From a bacterium (GTDB lineage Bacteria > Auribacterota > Auribacteria > Auribacterales > Auribacteraceae), in assembly GCA_024233545.1 (NCBI GenBank), contig JACKPL010000010.1, positions 6,287 to 70,286 on the forward strand: a DNA stretch of 64,000 nucleotides, read 5' to 3'. Shown piece by piece: positions 9,212 through 17,882 of this stretch. Each line of letters opens with the position of its first letter. Position 1 is the first letter of the stretch. Both the position numbers and the translations under genes were made by a program. The notes beneath the pieces are model-generated. The model was not told where the DNA came from, did no database searches, and saw only the letters and a program-made list of their open reading frames with translations.

Positions 9212-9227
9212 TGGCACACGAATTGCC
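9212..9227 (+). promoter_or_regulatory. sigma54 (-24/-12) promoter upstream of fliK-flgD-flgE
   Basis: TGGCAC-ACGAA-TTGCC against consensus TGGCAC-N5-TTGCW. It lies 52 nt upstream of the fliK ATG within a 246-bp gap. Confidence 0.55.
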
Positions 9228-9278
9228 ATTATTTTTGGCGTATGATTGAACACTTTGTAGCATGGAAGGATATATGTA

Positions 9279-10985
9279 ATGGAAATAAAAGATATCGATC
9301 GGTATAGTGCTGTCTATAACCAGCCATTTTTCATTGCATCAGGTTTTGAACATTTTGAGCTTCCTAATGTTTCACATAAATCATTTAGAGAATATTTTCT
9401 TGAAGCAGGAAAAATGCAATCAGAAACAGACAAAAATCTGAATGCCTCGCACAATGTTGAGACAGCACGTAACGATTTTAATAACTCTTCTCGTATAGAC
9501 ATCTATACAGACAAGACTTCTGGTGAACATAACAGCGTACCCAAAAACCGAATAACAGATGATGAGCACTGCAGGGAAAATATGTGCGTACCGGAAAAAG
9601 ATTCGAATACGGTCTCAAAGAATTCTATGCAAGATTCGAAAACAGAATCTCTACATGAAACTGTTGAAAATAGCACTGGCGCGGAAAAAGAATCGGTAAA
9701 AGAATCGGAAACAAAAACAACCGTCGAAAATGCGCCCGAAGAATCAGTTCCTTTAATCGATAAATCAGAAAATCAGCAAACGATTGATGGCAGTTCAAAC
9801 GATACACCGGAAAATCAAGCGGTGCAAGAAACAGAAAATGAACTGTTTAATATGCATGTAACAGATGTTGGTAGCGATGTGAGTATCGAGGCAATTTCAG
9901 CACAAGCACTTGCAGTTGCCGGACAAGAGAATATTGTCAGCCAGACGGCGGATCAACTTCAAGCCGCTATCCCTGAAACTTTGGATTTACTGAAGAAGGA
10001 AGAAGCCGAGACCGAACCTAAAAATCCGGATTTAACACATTTAGCGGGAAAAGATAAAACAAAGCCTGAATTGTTGACCGATGTTCCACAAGAACACAAT
10101 GGTGTATACAAAGAATCAATGATTAACTCAAATAAACTCAACCAGACTGTTGATATCGTTACCGAGTCAAGCGGAGCCAAAACACAAATCGCTGAAAGTG
10201 CGAATACATCAAAAGATGCAAAGCCGGATCATTCAAATCTTACTGTCAGCCAAGGCTATACAGACGTTTCCCAAAACAATGCGACGATGTCTAATAATGG
10301 TGAAAATTTTCAAAACAATACAAATTTTCAAGGGCAGAAAGTTATCGATTCGATTATTCCGCAGAGTGAGAATGATGAAACATCGTTTAAAACATTGTTT
10401 GAGAATGTAAAGAATGACCTCAGCATGTCGCTTGAAAGCACACGCACTACATCCGGAGCGGAAAAGAACATTTCTCAATCCGTTGAAAAAGAAATAAATC
10501 TGCCGCGCTATTCCGATGTTCGGCTTGATGAAAAAGAGCTTCTTCAGGATATTCAAAGTAAAATCCAATTACGCAATTATGATGGATTGCGCCATTCAGA
10601 AATACGTTTCAGGCTTAATCCGGATTCCTTGGGAGCATTATCGTTAAAGTTGGTTATGGAAAATGACACACTGAGTGCACGGATAAAAGTCGAAAACAAT
10701 ACTGTGCGAGAGATTATTGAAAATAATCTGACCGAATTGCGCAAAAGCCTTCAGGCTCAAGGGGTAAAAGTTGAAAAAGTTGAAGTGTCGCTAAAGAATG
10801 ATACCGAGCAGCCAAGTTATTCACCCGAAGGACAAACAGGCAACGGGCATATAAAACAGCGAAATAAACAGTTTCTGAATCGTTTGTCCACACGGAATTC
10901 TGTTGCGGAAAAAAGTGTTAGTAAAAATGGCGCGGCTTCTCCGCTACGCCGGTTTCACGAAGGACAGTTAGATTATTTAATATAA
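9279..10985 (+). CDS. fliK: flagellar hook-length control protein FliK
   Basis: 568 aa. Polar/acidic low-complexity N-terminal ~400 aa. C-terminal Flg_hook domain (IRFRLNPDSLGALSLKLVMENDTLSARIKVENNTVREIIENNLTELRKSLQAQGVKVEKVEV). Confidence 0.85.
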   Translation: MEIKDIDRYSAVYNQPFFIASGFEHFELPNVSHKSFREYFLEAGKMQSETDKNLNASHNVETARNDFNNSSRIDIYTDKTSGEHNSVPKNRITDDEHCRENMCVPEKDSNTVSKNSMQDSKTESLHETVENSTGAEKESVKESETKTTVENAPEESVPLIDKSENQQTIDGSSNDTPENQAVQETENELFNMHVTDVGSDVSIEAISAQALAVAGQENIVSQTADQLQAAIPETLDLLKKEEAETEPKNPDLTHLAGKDKTKPELLTDVPQEHNGVYKESMINSNKLNQTVDIVTESSGAKTQIAESANTSKDAKPDHSNLTVSQGYTDVSQNNATMSNNGENFQNNTNFQGQKVIDSIIPQSENDETSFKTLFENVKNDLSMSLESTRTTSGAEKNISQSVEKEINLPRYSDVRLDEKELLQDIQSKIQLRNYDGLRHSEIRFRLNPDSLGALSLKLVMENDTLSARIKVENNTVREIIENNLTELRKSLQAQGVKVEKVEVSLKNDTEQPSYSPEGQTGNGHIKQRNKQFLNRLSTRNSVAEKSVSKNGAASPLRRFHEGQLDYLI

Positions 10986-11008
10986 GCATCATTTTAAAGG
11001 AGCAAAAA

Positions 11009-11440
11009 ATGGAAATTTCGCCGACAACCAATACTGCATCGAAAACCGAGAATTTGTTTTCTGCGAGTGGATCTCAACTGGGAAAAGATGATTTCCTTGA
11101 GTTACTGGTTGCACAGCTTGGCAATCAGGATCCTCTTGATCCACTGAGCAACGAAGATTTTATCGCTCAGATGGCTACCTTTTCTCAACTTGAACAAGTT
11201 ACAAATCTCAACACGAATATTACATCGTTTCTCGATAGCCAGATTCAGCAGAATACTGCTCAGGCTGTTGCTCAATATTCCAGCTTGATCGGTAAAAAAG
11301 TAATAACGAAAAACAACGATTCTGAAACAGTTTCCGGCACTGTTAAGTCTGTGTACTTTGAAAATGGGAATGTCTCAATTGATGTTGATGGTAAAAAAGT
11401 GCCTGCGGCAGATATTATTCAAGTTTCAACAAACAATTAG
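11009..11440 (+). CDS. flgD: flagellar hook capping/assembly protein FlgD
   Basis: 143 aa with the GKDDFLELLVAQLGNQDPLDPL motif. Position before flgE. Confidence 0.9.
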   Translation: MEISPTTNTASKTENLFSASGSQLGKDDFLELLVAQLGNQDPLDPLSNEDFIAQMATFSQLEQVTNLNTNITSFLDSQIQQNTAQAVAQYSSLIGKKVITKNNDSETVSGTVKSVYFENGNVSIDVDGKKVPAADIIQVSTNN

Positions 11441-11462
11441 ATAAAACAAGGGAGATTCACGT

Positions 11463-13517
11463 ATGACAATTAGAGCATTGTATTCAGGCGTATCAGGATT
11501 GCAGAACTTCCAAACTCAGCTTGATGTGATCGGTAACAATATTGCCAATTCTCAGACAGTTGGGTTTAAATCGTCCCGAGTAACGTTTCAAAGTTTATTC
11601 TATCAGACTCTTGAAGGCGCGTCTGCGCCGAGCAGTACTAACGGCGGAAAAAATCCTAAACAAATAGGTTTGGGATCAATTATCAGCACGATAGACCAGA
11701 GTTTTGAACAAGGTTTACTTCAAACGACAGGCAGAAACCATGACCTTGCAATCCAAGGGGATGGGTTCTTTGCCGTACGAGACGAAAATGCAGATTTTTA
11801 CACACGCGCAGGTAATTTTAACTTTGATTCAACCGGAACTTTAACATTCGACGGCGGTTTCAAGGTATTGGGGCTTAATGCAACCAACGGCATTCTCGGT
11901 TCGGAAATTGAGCCGGTTCAAGTACCGTTAGGGGTGACGTTGCCAGCTCAGGCAACACAAAACGTTTCGCTTGTGGGGAATTTAAATGCCAGCGCACAGC
12001 AAATCGGAACGATTCTGCAGTCTGAAGATTTTCTTGCTCGTGAAGTTTCAGGAAGTGCAACAGATGTGGACGGCCTTTTTTCTACAGGAGCCGCAAATTC
12101 GTTCGTGACCGGATTGGTTGACGGTAATACTACCGTTACCGTTACTACAGCTGGCGATTCTGGGACATATACATACAGTTCATCACCGGTATCAGCTCCT
12201 GCTACCAGCCTAACGTTCAATACGCTTGATGATCTTGCCGCGGCAATTGCCGCAGATATCAGCGATCTTTCCGCAGTATCATTAAATTCGAGCGGTGCTC
12301 TCGAGTTTACAAGCGGAGCCGCAAGCAATACATTAACGATTAGCAGTAACTTGTCGGTTTTGAATACAGCATTAGCGAGTTCAAATGTTACATCAGGGTT
12401 TGGTGTAGGTTCGACAACAGCAACCGATGAATTTTCTCATAGACCGATCACTACCGATTTATTGGTTAATTTACGTGATTCGTCAGGAACTACGCTCGGG
12501 TTGGCTTCAGGAGAAACCATAACTCTTGACGGTGACGTAGGCGGAACAGCAGTTACACAAGGGACTCTTTCTGTTAGTGGTACAACAACGCTTGGCGATT
12601 TATTTGATTCTTTGGAGACAACATTTAATATTAATACTTCCAATAACGTTACTTCTACAAACGGTCGGCTTGTAATAGGTGCAGACGGCGGTACAAATTA
12701 TGCCATTTCTAACGTCAATATTACAACGAGTGGCACAAGTACTGCATTTGACGCTATTTTTGATAATACAACAGGTAATTACCAAACGTCTCAAGTCGCT
12801 CAAGATAATCATGTACGGTCGTTTACGGCATATGATTCCAATGGTACCGCACATACGTTGACAATGAAATTCAATATTCGGGAAAATGCAGGAAATCAAA
12901 CAGAATATACTGTTGATATTTCCAGCGTTGTTACGGCAACGGGCGAATCGGATACATCTATTTCGCCTTCTACGGGAACAATCATCGGAAATTCTGATGG
13001 GTCATTCAGTTCGTTTAATTTTCCCACAATCACCATCACACCGGTAGGCGTCGGTGACCCTATTGTGATAAATGTTGATGCAGGAAGTGCGAACGGCTTT
13101 TTGGGAATTGTTATGTTTGAAGGCGATTCCACGGCATCGTTTAGTGAAGCCGATGGATATCCGAGCGGCGAATTACAAGACGTAACTTTTAGTTCTGACG
13201 GAATTATTACCGGCAACTTTACTAATGGACAAATCCAAACATTAGCTCAATTACAGCTTGCCGCTTTTGCGAATCCCGCAGGATTGGAAAGTTTCAAAGG
13301 TGTATTTAGAGAGAGCAATAACTCCGGTGTGCCGGTATTAGATTCTCCCTTGGTTGGTCAGCGGGGCAGTTTGGTCGTAAGTACATTAGAAGCGTCGAAT
13401 GTGGATTTGGCAAACGAGTTTGTAACTCTTATCACTGCGCAAAGAGGGTATCAAACCAATGCGCGAATTATTAGGACTGCTGATGAGATACTTCAGGAGT
13501 TAGTCAATATCGTATAA
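11463..13517 (+). CDS. flgE: flagellar hook protein FlgE (enlarged, 684 aa)
   Basis: N-terminal ALYSGVSGLQNFQTQLDVIGNNIANSQTVGFK and C-terminal LITAQRGYQTNARIIRTADEILQELVNI. A central S/T/G/A-rich insertion lies at about 12000-12800. Confidence 0.95.
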   Translation: MTIRALYSGVSGLQNFQTQLDVIGNNIANSQTVGFKSSRVTFQSLFYQTLEGASAPSSTNGGKNPKQIGLGSIISTIDQSFEQGLLQTTGRNHDLAIQGDGFFAVRDENADFYTRAGNFNFDSTGTLTFDGGFKVLGLNATNGILGSEIEPVQVPLGVTLPAQATQNVSLVGNLNASAQQIGTILQSEDFLAREVSGSATDVDGLFSTGAANSFVTGLVDGNTTVTVTTAGDSGTYTYSSSPVSAPATSLTFNTLDDLAAAIAADISDLSAVSLNSSGALEFTSGAASNTLTISSNLSVLNTALASSNVTSGFGVGSTTATDEFSHRPITTDLLVNLRDSSGTTLGLASGETITLDGDVGGTAVTQGTLSVSGTTTLGDLFDSLETTFNINTSNNVTSTNGRLVIGADGGTNYAISNVNITTSGTSTAFDAIFDNTTGNYQTSQVAQDNHVRSFTAYDSNGTAHTLTMKFNIRENAGNQTEYTVDISSVVTATGESDTSISPSTGTIIGNSDGSFSSFNFPTITITPVGVGDPIVINVDAGSANGFLGIVMFEGDSTASFSEADGYPSGELQDVTFSSDGIITGNFTNGQIQTLAQLQLAAFANPAGLESFKGVFRESNNSGVPVLDSPLVGQRGSLVVSTLEASNVDLANEFVTLITAQRGYQTNARIIRTADEILQELVNIV

Positions 13518-13537
13518 TTGAAATATCCATTCTCTAT

Positions 13538-13576
13538 ACAGAACGGCGCTTAAACACTGGGCGCCGTTCTGTTTTT
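13538..13576 (+). terminator. rho-independent terminator after flgE
   Basis: Perfect 11-12-bp GC-rich stem (A)CAGAACGGCGC / GCGCCGTTCTG(T) at 13538-13549 / 13561-13572, 11-nt loop, followed by TTTTT. It starts 21 nt after the flgE stop. Confidence 0.85.
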
Positions 13577-13610
13577 ATGGTTTTCCGGTATAAATGGTTT
13601 TCCGGTATAA
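13577..13610 (+). repeat. perfect tandem duplication, 2 x 17 bp (ATGGTTTTCCGGTATAA)
   Basis: Units at 13577-13593 and 13594-13610 are identical. Located between the flgE terminator and the motA promoter. Confidence 0.95.
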
Positions 13611-13662
13611 ATTGTGTTTTATCTATATGGTTAAATTTTTCGCTTTTTACAGTTGTATGAAA

Positions 13663-13689
13663 TAAACTTCTTGCGCCAAAAGCCGATAT
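13663..13689 (+). promoter_or_regulatory. sigma28/sigmaD (FliA)-type promoter upstream of motA
   Basis: TAAA (13663-13666), 15-nt spacer, GCCGATAT (13682-13689): an exact match to the B. subtilis sigmaD-type consensus TAAA-N15-GCCGATAT. It ends 23 nt upstream of the motA GTG, and the RBS GGAGGA follows. Confidence 0.55.
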
Positions 13690-13711
13690 TAGATTCTGGA
13701 GGATTTGATAA

Positions 13712-14494
13712 GTGGATATAGCAACAATTATTGGCATTATATTAGGTATTATTGCCGTTGTGTTTGGTATTATCTCCGGTGCTGGCGTAGGCGGATTCGT
13801 AATGTTTGTGGATATACCTTCAGCAATGATTGTATTCGGTGGCACGATTGCAGTCATTCTTATCGTGTGCCCTTTGGATCAGGCGCTGAATTTTGTTCAA
13901 GTTGTAACCAATGTGTTTCTTACAAAAAAAAGAGACCCACAAGAAATTATTCAGCAGATGGTTGTTTTTGCCACGCGCGCACGCAGAGAAGGAATCCTTG
14001 CGCTCGAGAACGAAGCAGGAAATGTGACTGATGATTTCATGAAACAAAGCATTCAGTTGGCTGTAGACGGCACATCGCCCGAAGCAATACGGAGTATTCT
14101 TGAAAGTGAAGTAGCCGCATTGGAAGAACGCCATGAGGATGGGCAGAACATACTCAAAGCTGGCGGAACATACGCACCGGCATTCGGCATGATCGGGACT
14201 CTTATCGGGTTGATTTTGATGTTGGCATCACTTGATGATCCTGACAGCATCGGCCCTAAAATGGCAGTCGCACTTATCACCACACTGTATGGCGCGCTTG
14301 CGGCAAACGTATTTTTCTTGCCGATGTGTGACAAATTAAAAACGCGCTCGAAGCACGAACGGTTAGTTCGTGAGGTTATTTTAGAAGGGATATTGAGCAT
14401 TCAATCGGGAGATAACCCGCGGTTAGTGGAACAAAAATTGAATGCATATATTGCGCCTAAGTTCCGAGTTACTGAGGGGGAAGGGCGCAGTTAA
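13712..14494 (+). CDS. motA: flagellar stator protein MotA
   Basis: GTG start, 260 aa. MotA/TolQ/ExbB topology with the conserved channel block YAPAFGMIGTLIGLI. Confidence 0.95.
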   Translation: MDIATIIGIILGIIAVVFGIISGAGVGGFVMFVDIPSAMIVFGGTIAVILIVCPLDQALNFVQVVTNVFLTKKRDPQEIIQQMVVFATRARREGILALENEAGNVTDDFMKQSIQLAVDGTSPEAIRSILESEVAALEERHEDGQNILKAGGTYAPAFGMIGTLIGLILMLASLDDPDSIGPKMAVALITTLYGALAANVFFLPMCDKLKTRSKHERLVREVILEGILSIQSGDNPRLVEQKLNAYIAPKFRVTEGEGRS

Positions 14495-14526
14495 TACACT
14501 TGTTTTATGAAAGCAAGCGAATAGAC

Positions 14527-15297
14527 ATGAAAAAAAAACAGCAGGAAGAATCAGGCGGCGCACCCGGATGGATGGTAACCTTTGCCGACATGATGACTCT
14601 GCTTCTTTGCTTTTTCGTTCTGCTTCTTTCATTTTCTTCAATTCAGGAATCGGAATTTAACAAAGCGATGGGATCGCTCCAGGCATATCTTGGGATACTT
14701 ACTACGAGAGACATTTCTCTTTTTAATGCAAAAATGGATACGCCTCAGCAATTCTCGATTCGATATTCCACGCAAGCAAAAAAAGTGGAAGAACAAAAAG
14801 CTGAAAAAGTCTCTATTTTAGCTTTATCACAGGATATTAAAGATCAAGCGTCGAGCAAAGAGGGAATGGGTGGAAGCATTGAAGTAATAGAAATGCTTAA
14901 CTCTTTGCGTATTCGAATCCCTTCGGCTATTGCTTTTGAGTCGGGTGAATATGGTTTATCAAAGAGTATCAAAGAATTCTTTTCGAAAATCGCATATCTC
15001 ATTAAAGATTTGCCCTATACGCTAACTGTTGAAGGACACACTGATAATGTTCCGATTTTTTCTGAAAAATATGAATCGAATTGGGAATTATCAAGCGCTC
15101 GGTCTCTTGAAGTAGTGCATTATTTTACTGAGCTGGGTATCCCGGGTAATCGTTTAATCGCTTCGGCATATGGTGAAACCCGCCCGCTTGAACCAAATGA
15201 TACAATAGAAGGAAAACAACGCAACCGGCGTGTCGAGTTGCTTATTACCCTCGAGCCGGAAGATGTAAAAAATCTCATGAGTACTGATGAACGGTGA
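14527..15297 (+). CDS. motB: flagellar stator protein MotB (OmpA-like PG-binding C-terminus)
   Basis: TM with conserved Asp (WMVTFADMMTLLLCFF) and an OmpA-like domain (VEGHTDNVP, NWELSSARS, NRRVELLI). I prefer ATG 14527 to the track start 14500. Confidence 0.9.
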   Translation: MKKKQQEESGGAPGWMVTFADMMTLLLCFFVLLLSFSSIQESEFNKAMGSLQAYLGILTTRDISLFNAKMDTPQQFSIRYSTQAKKVEEQKAEKVSILALSQDIKDQASSKEGMGGSIEVIEMLNSLRIRIPSAIAFESGEYGLSKSIKEFFSKIAYLIKDLPYTLTVEGHTDNVPIFSEKYESNWELSSARSLEVVHYFTELGIPGNRLIASAYGETRPLEPNDTIEGKQRNRRVELLITLEPEDVKNLMSTDER

Positions 15298-15300
15298 TGT

Positions 15301-15893
15301 ATGGCTGAAGAAAATATTTTTGAAGATATATTTGAGGATTCAGAACCGGAAAAAGCAGATAGTAAAAAAGATGCTCATTCCGGAACAGCTGTTGCAACTC
15401 AGAAAAAAAGTATCTTCAATATTCTAGCCCTTCCTTTGGTAATACTTGGTATAACGGGAGTTATTGTTGGAACTAATTTTCTTACAGCTGTTATTGCTTA
15501 TAATCTTTCATATGCCAAACTCAAACGAATATTTTTAGAAAAAGACGACATTATTGTGTTTAAAAAATATACCGGGCCGCTGTTTCGCGTTCTTTCACAA
15601 GAGTATACACTGACCGATAAAAGTTGTTCAGTACATTTGCATTTGAGTGCTTTTTTTGAGCTGGACAGTATGGCAATGGTCAGCGAAATCCGAGAGAAGA
15701 AAACACAAATACACCATGCAATGCGGGAACTTTTACTAATCAACCTGTGGCCGAATTTAATTCTACTACTGGCATACATCGTGCTCGAAGAATGTTGCTT
15801 GAGAGTATAAATGCGTTATTGGAATCGGGTGATATTGTAGAAATTTATTTCACTGATTTTCGCATAATGTATGCTTCTGAACAAAAAGCCTAA
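15301..15893 (+). pseudogene. FliL paralogue interrupted by a -1 frame break (pseudogene, sequencing error or recoding)
   Basis: The track ORF 15301-15810 ends in a junk tail (LINLWPNLILLLAYIVLEECCLRV). The -1 frame reads FTNQPVAEFNSTTGIHRARRMLLESINALLESGDIVEIYFTDFRIM..* (stop 15891-15893). That sequence aligns with the C-terminus of the downstream FliL (LTNKDIEDLVELTGKKQIRTEIKEKVNANLIAGKIKNVYFTEFVIQ). The break maps to the T4 run at 15731-15734. Confidence 0.6.
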
Positions 15894-15929
15894 TATCGTT
15901 AGAAAGCCTGAAGATAATCGGAGGTAAAC

Positions 15930-16409
15930 ATGGCTGAAGAAAAAAATGCGAAGTCTTCTGAAGAAAAGAAGTCATCTTCTAATCTGAAACTGATTATTAT
16001 CGGCGCAACACTTGTTATACTTGTTCCTATTGCTGGTTTTTTCATAGCGTCAAAGTTTATCGTTTCATCAAACGAGGAAGAAGTAAATCAAGAGAAAGTT
16101 GAAGACGTCGGTACAATTGTTCCGATGCCGGTACTCGTTGTCAATGTTGCGAATACGAACGGCGGTAGATATCTGCGTGCCGGCGTAAGCTTTGAAGTTA
16201 CTGATTCGGGAACAGCATCGGAAATAGAAAAACGAAATCCGCAGATTTTGGATACGCTGATAATGATTTTAACCAATAAAGATATTGAAGATTTGGTAGA
16301 ATTAACCGGCAAAAAACAAATCCGTACGGAAATTAAAGAAAAAGTTAATGCCAATCTTATTGCAGGTAAGATTAAAAATGTATATTTTACAGAATTTGTC
16401 ATTCAATAA
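15930..16409 (+). CDS. fliL: flagellar basal body-associated protein FliL
   Basis: 159 aa with a single TM (LKLIIIGATLVILVPIAGFFIA) and a FliL C-terminal domain ending NVYFTEFVIQ. Confidence 0.9.
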   Translation: MAEEKNAKSSEEKKSSSNLKLIIIGATLVILVPIAGFFIASKFIVSSNEEEVNQEKVEDVGTIVPMPVLVVNVANTNGGRYLRAGVSFEVTDSGTASEIEKRNPQILDTLIMILTNKDIEDLVELTGKKQIRTEIKEKVNANLIAGKIKNVYFTEFVIQ

Positions 16410-16432
16410 AACCATAAAAATATGGTCGCATC

Positions 16433-17416
16433 ATGGCTGATATACTTACACAAGAAGAAGTTGATGCGCTATTAAATGCGGTGTCAACCGGTGATGTCCC
16501 AACGCCAATAAAATCAGATATGGCGAATGCATCTCCCAATTTGCGGGATGCAATAGTCTATGATTTCAAACGGCCGGAAATGGTCTCGAAAGATCAGATG
16601 CGGACGATACAAATGGTGTATGAAAATTTTGCGCGGTATTTAAGCAATTTATTATCGGCATATTTGCGTACAATGGTTGAAGTTAATGTATTGGCTGTGG
16701 ATCAATTGACATTTGGCGAATTCATAATGTCGCTACCGAACCCGACTAATATGAATATTATTGATATGAAACCGTTAGAAGGAAGAGGAATTTTTGAAAT
16801 CAATCCGGTGCTTGTTTTTTCGATTGTAGACCGTTTGCTTGGGGGTGCTGGCACAACACTTGAAGAAATACGGTTATTTACTGACATTGAACAATCGATC
16901 ATGGCTAATGTTGTCCAGAAGTCTTTAGGTGCTCTTGCGGAAGCATGGTCGAGTGTATCAAAAATGAGTTTTACGGTAATCGACCGAGAAATGAACCCGC
17001 AGTTTTGTCAGATACTTGCGACTAATGAAACAGTGGTTTCCGTTACGCTTGAAGTTACCATTAAAGATGTCACGGGCATTGTGAGTATCTGTATTCCCTT
17101 TATTTCTCTTGAACCTTTAATTGGCAAGTTAAGTGCTCAACATAAGTTTGGCGCCGCCTTAAAGGAGTTAGATGAAAAACAAAAGGCACAAATTGTCGGG
17201 ACTGTATATTCTGCGGCTGTAACGGCCTCATTTGAAATAGGGCGTACTCATTTAACAATTCGGGAATTGCTGGAGTTACAGCGCGATGATATTGTTGTTC
17301 TTGATAAATCCGTAAAATCGCCCTGTACAATGTGTGTCGAAAAAATTCCTAAGTTTGTTGGATCTCCCGGGTTAGTAAGTAGAAAAAAAGGATTTAAAAT
17401 ACTGCAGAAATTATAA
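16433..17416 (+). CDS. fliM: flagellar motor switch protein FliM
   Basis: 327 aa. N-terminal LTQEEVDALL peptide, FliM middle domain, C-terminal SpoA-like region. Confidence 0.95.
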   Translation: MADILTQEEVDALLNAVSTGDVPTPIKSDMANASPNLRDAIVYDFKRPEMVSKDQMRTIQMVYENFARYLSNLLSAYLRTMVEVNVLAVDQLTFGEFIMSLPNPTNMNIIDMKPLEGRGIFEINPVLVFSIVDRLLGGAGTTLEEIRLFTDIEQSIMANVVQKSLGALAEAWSSVSKMSFTVIDREMNPQFCQILATNETVVSVTLEVTIKDVTGIVSICIPFISLEPLIGKLSAQHKFGAALKELDEKQKAQIVGTVYSAAVTASFEIGRTHLTIRELLELQRDDIVVLDKSVKSPCTMCVEKIPKFVGSPGLVSRKKGFKILQKL

Positions 17417-17444
17417 TTATAGTATATGATTAGGAGGATAAAAA

Positions 17445-17882
17445 ATGGCTGATCAATTAGGTCAAAGCGATATAGATGCGTTATTGAAAAATCACGATAA
17501 AAAAACGTCTGCGCCGAGTACCGTATCACAGCCTGCGGTAACAGGGGCTCAAAAAAATGATATTGCTGTTGCGCGGCCATTGTCATACTCTCAACTTGGA
17601 GAGTCAACTTTTTCTGGCGGCAGTAATAACATAGATTTGATTCTTGATGTAGGTGTTGAGTTGACGGTAGAACTTGGAAGAAAAAATATGCTCATTAAAG
17701 ATATTCTTGATATCGGAGCGGGATCAGTGATTGAACTCAACCGCCTTGCCGGAGAACCTGTTGATTTGCTGATTAACAACAAACTACTTGCTCGCGGCGA
17801 AGTTGTTGTTGTGAATGAAAATTTCGGTATCCGCATTATTGATATTATTGGGCCAGAACAGCGCATTAAGAATCTCCGTTAA
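17445..17882 (+). CDS. fliN: flagellar motor switch protein FliN
   Basis: 145 aa with a C-terminal SpoA domain (LAGEPVDLLINNKLLARGEVVVVNENFGIRI). Confidence 0.95.
   Translation: MADQLGQSDIDALLKNHDKKTSAPSTVSQPAVTGAQKNDIAVARPLSYSQLGESTFSGGSNNIDLILDVGVELTVELGRKNMLIKDILDIGAGSVIELNRLAGEPVDLLINNKLLARGEVVVVNENFGIRIIDIIGPEQRIKNLR

Noticed and set aside
13705-14031. 108-aa + strand ORF overlapping motA in another frame
   Set aside because: Cys/Arg/Tyr-rich nonsense translation. The motA frame (13712-14494) is clearly the coding one.
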